Positions 11,901 to 20,900 of a stretch of DNA of 64,000 bases are shown here, one piece after another. The notes beneath the pieces are model-generated. The model searched no databases. It saw only the letters and a program-made list of their open reading frames with translations, and was not told where the DNA came from. The position numbers and the translations under genes are program-made. The DNA is from Candidatus Parcubacteria bacterium (GTDB lineage: Bacteria; Patescibacteriota; Minisyncoccia; Phycocordibacterales; CAIZLB01). The DNA lies in assembly GCA_039795775.1 (NCBI GenBank), contig JBDKLC010000006.1, positions 3,772 through 67,771 of the forward strand, in the 5' to 3' direction. The number at the start of each line of letters is the position of its first letter. Within the stretch, counting starts at the first letter, position 1.

Positions 11901-14900
11901 TCCAGCGCCTCCATTTCCTGCAAAAACACCGTTACCACCATTTCCTCCGTTACCAGCGATTCCACCGTTTCCTCCTGCTCCGCCAGAAAGTGTCAAACTT
12001 CCTGTTGAGTATGAATCTTTAACAATTCTTGTTGTTTCGTTTCTACCAATAAATCCTCCACCATACCCAATACCACCAGCACCTCCAGATGTTGCAGCTC
12101 CACCAAGACCACCGTTTGCTCCAGCGCCTCCTGATCCGACAGCACCGTTTGCACCGTTACCTCCTGTGCCTCCAGTACCTCCAGTTCCGGCAGTTCCAAC
12201 TACATTTGAAGTTGAATACGAGTTGAGCTGAACTGTTCCGTCATTTCTACCAATAAGTCCTCCAACATATAAAGTACCAGCAGCTCCTGCAGCACCAGCT
12301 GAACCACCCGCACCTCCAGTCGAAGCGATTCCTGCGGCCCCTCCATTTCCACCTGTTCCTCCTTGTCCACCGTTACCACTTGTTCCTGTTACAGTTGTAC
12401 CAACAGCATAACTTGTAGTAATCGTGTTTAAAGCGTTCACGTTGTACCCAATAAGACCACCAGCATAACTATCACCGCCAGCTCCGGCTGCACCACCAGT
12501 AGCTCCTGGCCCACCAATACCAGCACTCAAAGATGCATCAGCACCATTTCCACCTGTTCCTCCTTGTCCACCATTTCTTGCAAGTGATGTAACACTTCCT
12601 GTTGCATACGAATTCAAAATAACTCCGGTTGCAGCATTAATTCCAACAAGTCCTCCGGCATACGATGCTCCTCCGGCTCCAGTTGTTCCAACGGTTCCTC
12701 CCGCAGCACCTGTTGTTACTGTTCCACTCGTACTTGCTCCTCCGGCTCCACCAGTTCCTGCAGTACCAACATTTCCACTTGTTGATGTGACATTTCCTGT
12801 TGCATAAGAAACACTTTCAATAATTCCTCCACCAGCAAGAGCGGCTGTTCCATTTGTTCCAATAAGTCCACCGGCATATGCAGCACCTCCAGCTCCAGAT
12901 GCACCTCCGGCTCCACCAACACCTCCAATAGCTGCTGTTCCACCAGCGCCACCAATCACACCATTAGCACCATTTCCACTAGCACCTCCCACAGCATTTA
13001 CTGCACGTGTTGAATAACTTGTTGTAATTTGTAAGTTGTTACTTGCTGTTGCATTGGCTTGTCCAACAAGTCCTCCAGCATATGCTGCTCCTCCAGCAGC
13101 ACTCGCACCAGATGCACCTGTTGCTCCTCCCGCAGCGGCGACTGCTCCTCCTGCCGTTGATGTTCCTGCGCTTCCGCCATTTCCTGATGCACCACCAGTT
13201 GCAGTAACACTTCCTGTTGTTGAGTAATTATTCACATAATGAATAAATCCAGTTGTAACGCTTGTTAGTCCGACGAGTCCGCCAGCGTCAGCTTCACCTC
13301 CAATACCTGACGCTCCTCCAGCCCCGCCAGCACCACCGATTGTTCCTCCTGTTCCACCGTTTCCACCTAAGTTTCCAGTTGCACCAACACCACCTCGAGC
13401 ACTCACTAAACCTGTTGAATACGAACCCGTAATATCACTTTGTGCAGGCGTTGTCGTGATTCGGTGAATACCAATAAGTCCACCGGCATATGCAGCACCT
13501 CCAGCAGGTGGAGTAAGTACAGCTCCACCTCCCGCTCCTCCAGCAGCACCAGATGCTGACGCTCCACCATTTCCACCAGTTCCTTGAGTTCCTCCATTAC
13601 CTCCAGTTGAACTTGCGAATCCTGTTGCATAAACAGATATGTAATCAATTGAACCAGTTGTTAAGTTGCTGAATCCAACAAGTCCACCGGCATCAGCCTC
13701 ACCACCCACTCCGGCAACACCACCCAAACCTCCAGTTGCACCTGCGTGTGTAGAACTTCCCGTAGAACCATTTCCTCCAACACCTCCAGCACCACCGTTT
13801 CCACCAGTTCCACTTGTAACAGAAATATTTCCAGTAGCATAAGAATTGTTAATCTGCATCACTTGCGTTGTTCCTGTGATACGACCAACCAAGCCGCCAC
13901 CATATGTAGCAGCACCCGCGCCTCCAACCCCTCCAACCCCAGCAACAGCAGCGGTTCCACTTGACTGACCTGAACCTGATGTACCTCCTGTTCCTCCCGC
14001 GCCTCCATTTCCTCCGTTACCACCTGTTACAGAAATATGTACGGTTGAATATGAACCTCCTTGAATTGATCCTATTGTTGAAAGATAATCACCGACAAGC
14101 CCACCGAACGCACGGATACCTCCAGCACCTCCTGCGCCGCCAACAGCACCCACACCTCCGTTGTTTGCTCCAACACCGGCTCCACCGTTTCCTCCAGTAC
14201 CTCCGTTGCCTCCGTTTTGTTCAGTTCCTGAAATAGTTAACGTGTCAGCATATGAAGATGTGATAACTCCAGAACTAAATCCAATAAGTCCTCCAGCAAA
14301 AGCTCCAGATGATGCGCCTCCGACACCCGCAGTACCAAGACCTCCAGCTCCACCAACGCCGCCAGCTGCAAGTCCTGAACCTCCGTTTCCTGCATTTCCA
14401 CCATTTCCTGCTGATCCACCTGTAACTGTGATATTACCTTTTCCTGAGCCAGCATCGAAACTAGCGTAGGAAGAAATAACATCAGCTGTTGAATATCCAG
14501 CGAGACCTCCAGCATAAATAATTCCAGACGCACCTCCTGCGCCAGGTACACTTCCTGCAGCTCCAGTGTTTGCACCTGCAGAAATACCAGCAGATCCATT
14601 TACACCAGAACCACCTGTCACTATCAATGAAGTTTTTGAAAATGACGCAGCTTCAATAACACCGGTTGTATATCCAACAAGTCCTCCTGCATATACTGCA
14701 CCTCCGGCGCCTCCAGCTGCTCCCGCACCTCCAACACCATAAACTGCACTACCAGTTCCAATTCCACCTGTTCCTCCAAGAGCCGCAGCTCCACCATTTC
14801 CACCTGTTGCAGTTACCGTTCCTGTTTGTGCGTAACTTGTAGTAATAGTTCCCAAAATATTTTGACCAACAAGACCTCCGGCTTGCACTGATGCAGCAAG

Positions 14901-17900
14901 TGTAATAGCAGCTGCACCTCCAGCTCCTCCTGCACCTCCCGCACCTCCAATATGGTTTGTACCTAATGATCCATCACCACCTGCTCCACCAACGCCTCCA
15001 GCTCCTCCGTTACCACCGACAGCAGTCACGCTGGTTGTGGCGTACGAATTTGTAATACTTGCAGAAACAGCTGTAACACCATTTCTACCAACGAGTCCTC
15101 CAACAGAAACTGCACCACCAACACCTCCAGCTGCACCTGTACCTCCAGCTGCAGCAGTACCGTTTGTAATAGATCCCGAAGCACCTCCGGCTCCACCGGC
15201 ACCACCATTTCCTCCATTTCCACTTGTTGCAGTAACAGAACCACCAACATGATATGAGTTCAAAATTGCAGATGTGTTGTCACCAACCAATCCTCCGGTG
15301 AAGTTAACACCTCCAGCTGCGCCAATAGTTCCAGAGGTTCCAGCTGTACCAGCTACAGAAGAACCCCCAGCTCCTCCTGCACCTCCGGCACCTGAGTTTC
15401 CTCCGTTACCTGATGTTCCTTGTATAGTTCCTGATGAAAATGAATTAACAATATCACCTGAAGTTACTAAGCCAACCAACCCTCCAGTATATGACGCACC
15501 TCCAAGACCAGCTCCACCTCCAGCTCCTCCGGCACCTCCAACTTGTCCAGCTCCACCAGTTGCACCTGCTCCACCATTTCCGGCATTTCCTCCGTTACCT
15601 GCAACAACCGTAACATTTCCAGATGCTGTAGATGATGCAATTGCAACAAGTGTGTTTGTAAAACCAACAAGTCCTCCACCATATGCAAATCCTCCAGCAC
15701 CTCCAATACCACCGTTACCACCAGCTCCTCCGACAACAGCACTTATTGCAGCAGCACCCGCGCCTCCAACTTGTCCTGTTCCACCGTTACCACCATTAAC
15801 TGTGATATTCCCTGTAGCATATGAATTTACAATATTTTGTGCAGCACCAGAGTTGTAACCTTCAAGTCCTCCTGCATAAACAGCAAGACCGACAGCACCA
15901 CCTCCACCTCCAGCTCCTCCAGTACTTCCAGCTGCACCGTTTACACCTGCAACTCCTGCGCCTCCGGCTCCTCCATTTCCTGATGTTACTGTGACGTTGT
16001 TTGTTGAATAGACTGTATCGATAAGTACAGATACAAGTGAACTAAATCCAATTGCGCCGCCAGCATACACTGGACCAACAACACCGCCAGTTCCTCCTGC
16101 ACCTCCTACTCCATTTCTTCCACTTCCAGACCCACCAACTCCTCCCGCACCTCCGGTTGCTCCGACACCACCATTTCCTCCAACTGTAACAGTGATAGTG
16201 CCCCCAGTTGCACTAGATTTTTGAATATTACCGTTTCCTTGCCCAACAAGTCCTCCAATATATACTGCGCCTCCAGAAGATCCGGCGCCTCCCGCACCTC
16301 CAATTCCTCCCGCGTGACCTCCTGTGCCGAGAGATCCGTTGCCTCCAACTCCACCAACTCCACCATTTCCTCCATTTCTTCCAACAGCAGTTAGACTTCC
16401 AATAACTACTGAATCAACAATTACTCCTGAGTTATCACCCGCAAGTCCTCCTATATATGCAGCGCCACCGATACCACCAGCACCTCCGGCTCCGCCAGTT
16501 GCACCAGCACCAGCAGCAATATTTCCTGATGCTCCCGCATTTCCTCCAGTACCTCCAGTTCCAGGAACTCCACCCAACGCAGTAATAGATGTAATTGTAT
16601 AAGTCACATCATGAATTACTCCGGCATTAAATCCGAGTATTCCACCACTTGCAGCAAGTCCACCGTTTCCTCCAGCACCAGCTGCACCTCCAACACCTCC
16701 AATTGCGCCAGCTGTACTTCCGCCATTTCCTCCGTTACCTCCTGTAGCTCCGTTTCCACCAGCTCCTCCAAGAGAAGCTACTGTTCCTGTTGTATTTGGA
16801 ATTGAGATTGTTGTACCGAGTACAGTGTCGTTACCAATAACGCCTCCCGCATACGCTGCGCCTCCTGTAAAACCTGATCCACCTCCAACACCCGCAACTC
16901 CAACGACACCAGCGCCACTTGCTCCGCCATTTCCTCCGACACCACCGTTTCCTCCGGCGCCTCCATTTGCATACACACTTCCACTTGCATATGAATCAGA
17001 TGCAACTGATCCCGAGTTAAAACCAACGAGACCTCCTGCAGCTGCGACACCTCCAGAAACTCCGGCACTCCCTGCTACACCTGTACCTCCACTGAACGCA
17101 CCAGTCGAAGAACCTCCTGAACTACCTGCAAGACCATTTGCACCAGCACCTCCAGTCGATGTTGCGTTACCACTCGCGTATGACGCTCCTTGAATAATTC
17201 CGTTTGTAGAGTTGAATCCAATCAAACCACCTGCATATGCGACACCACCCACGTTTGTTCCTGCTGCACCAGCTGCACCTCCTGCTCCTCCAGCAGAAAA
17301 GCTACTTGCTCCACCGTTTCCTCCAGAACCGTTTGAACTTCCAGCGCCACCAGTTGCAATAGCATTTCCTGTTGCGTAAGAATTATTTATTACACCTGTA
17401 TTGATTCCCACAGCGCCTCCGGCATAACTCGCTGCACCAACAACACCAATACCACCAGTACCTCCAACTGCGCCTGTTCCTGCCGCACCACCATTTCCTC
17501 CAACACCTGAAGTTCCAGAAGTAGAACTCGCAAGTATAAATGAGTGAGAATTATTTATTGTTCCCGCAGAGTTAAAAGCAATTATTCCTCCGGCGTATCC
17601 AATGGCGCCAGCTCCACCTGCTCCACCAGTTCCACCGATTGCACCAAGCGCTCCTGTTCCAGCAGTTCCTCCAGCGCCTCCATTTACTCCGGCTCCTCCG
17701 TTACCTCCAATAACAGTTGCAGCTCCAGATTCAATATATGTATTTATAATAATTGCTGTGTTTAATCCTGCGATACCTCCGGCATATCCAACTGCACCCG
17801 CACCACCAGCACCTCCAGCGGCTCCTGCAGCACCAGTACTTGAAGATCCTCCTGTAGCATTACTTCCACCAAGCCCTGCTGCTCCTCCATTTGCTCCAGC

Positions 17901-20900
17901 AGAAGCTGTAGCAGAAATAATTCCACTTGCGTAAGAATTTTGAATTGTGTTTGTGTTGTTACCGACAATTCCTGCAGCATATGCAATTGCTCCTGCACCT
18001 CCGGCTCCACCGGCACCACCCACGGCTCCTGCACCAACAAATGTTCCTACTGATGCTCCACCGTTTCCACCAATTCCTCCAACCTGAGCAATTCCGGCAA
18101 CTGAAGTTATATTTCCAGTTGAATATGAAGAAGCTTGAATAACACCAGCACTCTGTCCAACAACACCACCTGCTGTTGAAACGGCGCCAGCACCGCCCGC
18201 ACCGGCTGTTGCACCAACACCTCCCGCAAAGTTTGTTCCACCAACACCACCATTTCCTCCGTTACCAGCAGTACCTCCATTACCAGCATCCACAATAATA
18301 TTGCCTGTATTGTAACTTGCAGAAACAGTTCCCAACACGATGTTACCTGCAACACCTCCACCAAAAGCAGCACCGCCAGTTCCTCCAGCAGCTCCTGCTC
18401 CACCTGCACCTCCAGTGTTTGAAGTTCCAGCACCACCATTTCCTCCGTTACCACCAGCTCCACCGTTTCCTCCATAAGCTGTGATAGTACCTGATGAATA
18501 TGAATTTGAAATTTCACCGTTGTTCAAAAAACCAACAACACCTCCAACATATGAAATACCTCCAGTTGATCCAACACTTCCAGCAACTCCTGCAACACCC
18601 GTAGTAAATGAATACCCATCACCACCACTTGCACCTGCACCTCCGGCACCAGATGTACCTGTTACGTCTCCTGTTGAATATGAATTTAAAATAGATGTTC
18701 CTGTATTGTGTCCAACCACACCACCGGCATAAACGATTCCTCCTCCGACAGCAGCTCCTGCTGCACCTCGTGTACCTCCAGTCCAAGCACCTCCAGCACC
18801 TCCCACTCCCGCAGCACCGCCCGCTCCTGCTGTTCCAGTGATTGCACCTGTTGTATGAGAACTATTAATTATAGAAAGAGTGCTGTTACCTGCAATTCCA
18901 CCAATATATAAAATACCTGCAGCCCCTCCGGTACCTCCAGCAAGTCCAGCGAGTCCTGTCTGTGCAGCGACTCCAGTTCCACCTGTTCCACCAGCACCGG
19001 CTTGGCCAGTCACAGCATTTGTAGACGAAGTATTTTGAATTACTCCCGTATTACTTCCAACAAGGCCTCCAGCATATGTAGCAACTACAGCAGCAGATCC
19101 TCCAGTTCCAGATGCACCTCCGGCACCAGATGTACCAGCTGAACCTTTTGCTCCTCCTGCTCCACCTATTCCACCAGTTCCTCCAGCACCACCAGTCACA
19201 GTAACAAGTCCAGTAGTTGAACTTGCAGAAGTAATTATTCCAGAATTTAATCCAACAAGTCCACCCGCATATGCTGCTCCTCCAGCTCCACCGTTTCCTG
19301 CGGCACCTCCAGCACCTCCAGTTCCAGAAGTTGTTAATGCAGCACTACCTCCTGCACCTCCGGCTGTTCCGTTTTTTCCAGCAGAACCTGTAGCAGTAAC
19401 AGCACCCGTTGCATAAACAGTAGATGATGCACCAGTAATAACTCCTGAAATACCATTTTGTCCAACCAATCCTCCGGCGTATGCAATTGCTCCAGCTCCA
19501 CCAGCACCTCCGGCTGCAGTTCCACTTGATGCTGCAACAGCTACTGAAGCTGCTGCTGATGCACCACTTGCGCTACCGGCTGAACCATTACCCGGTGTTC
19601 CACCAAATGCTTGCACAATACCTGTTGCATAACTTCCGTTCAGGATTGTGCCAGAGTTGTTTCCAGCAAGACCTCCGGCATACGCTGTTCCAGCTGCTCC
19701 ACCAGCAGCTCCTAATGCACCAAGCCCACCAATGTTTGCACCTCCGACACCAGTTCCAGCGTTACCTCCGTTACCAGCTGTTCCTGCATTTCCTCCCGCT
19801 CCACCTCTTGCTGTTACATTTCCAGTACTAAAAGAAGTTGAAACTGTTCCCGCTTGAATCCATCCGACAATTCCACCGACATATGCAATGTTACCCGCAC
19901 CGGCGCCTCCGGCTGCACCTCCGGCTCCACCGATACCAGTTCCAACTCCTGCAACAGAACCGTTTCCTCCATTTCCTGCGTTACCACTTGCACCTCCAGC
20001 TCCACCTGTTCCAACAACTGTTGCAGAACTTGTTGCAGTTGTAATACTTCCTTGTTGAGAATATCCGACAACACCTCCAACATATGCAAGACCTCCGGTT
20101 GCAGCAGCGTTGTTTGCCGCCGCTGCACCAGTTCCTCCTGTAGTTGCACCGGTTGTTGTGTTACCTCCGTTTCCACTATTTCCTCCGGCACCTCCTGATC
20201 CTCCTACACCGTTAATAGTTCCGGCAACACTTACATTTGTAATTGTTCCTGTGTTGTATCCAACCAAACCTCCCAAATACAAAGTTGCTCCAGCAGTACC
20301 GGCTCCACCAGCTGTACCACTTGTCGGTGTTGCACCATCTGATCCGTTTGTACCGGTTGTACCAACTGTGCCTGCAGTACTTGTGGCAGAAATAGAAACA
20401 CCAGAGAGAGTTACATCTTTAATAAGGTTTGTAGAATATCCAAAAAGACCGACATAACTCGACGTTGTTGTACTGATATACAAATTATTAATCGCAAAGT
20501 TGTTACCATCAAAAATACCTGCAAATGGAGTTGCGACGTTACCGATTGGATCAAACCCAACACCAGAACTCCAACCACTTGTAGTAGCGGCATCAATATT
20601 GTTATTGAGTTTAAATGAGCTCGACAAGTTTGTCTTCATTCCCTGCAAACCATACACATCAAAAACAATAAATGGATCTGAACTGATTCCAATTCCTGTA
20701 TATCGTCGGAATGTTCCAGCTGTGATAGAAAAACTTCCTGATACTGACAATGTGTTTGTTCCAGGATCAGTGGCAGTAAAAGTCGCCGCAGAAACTTGTG
20801 CATAGTTTCCAGATTGTCCTCCGGAATTTGTAATTGTAAGGTTAGCGTTTTGGAGAATAGTGCCTGTAAAACCATTAATAGTGAGAGAGCCTATAGTTCT

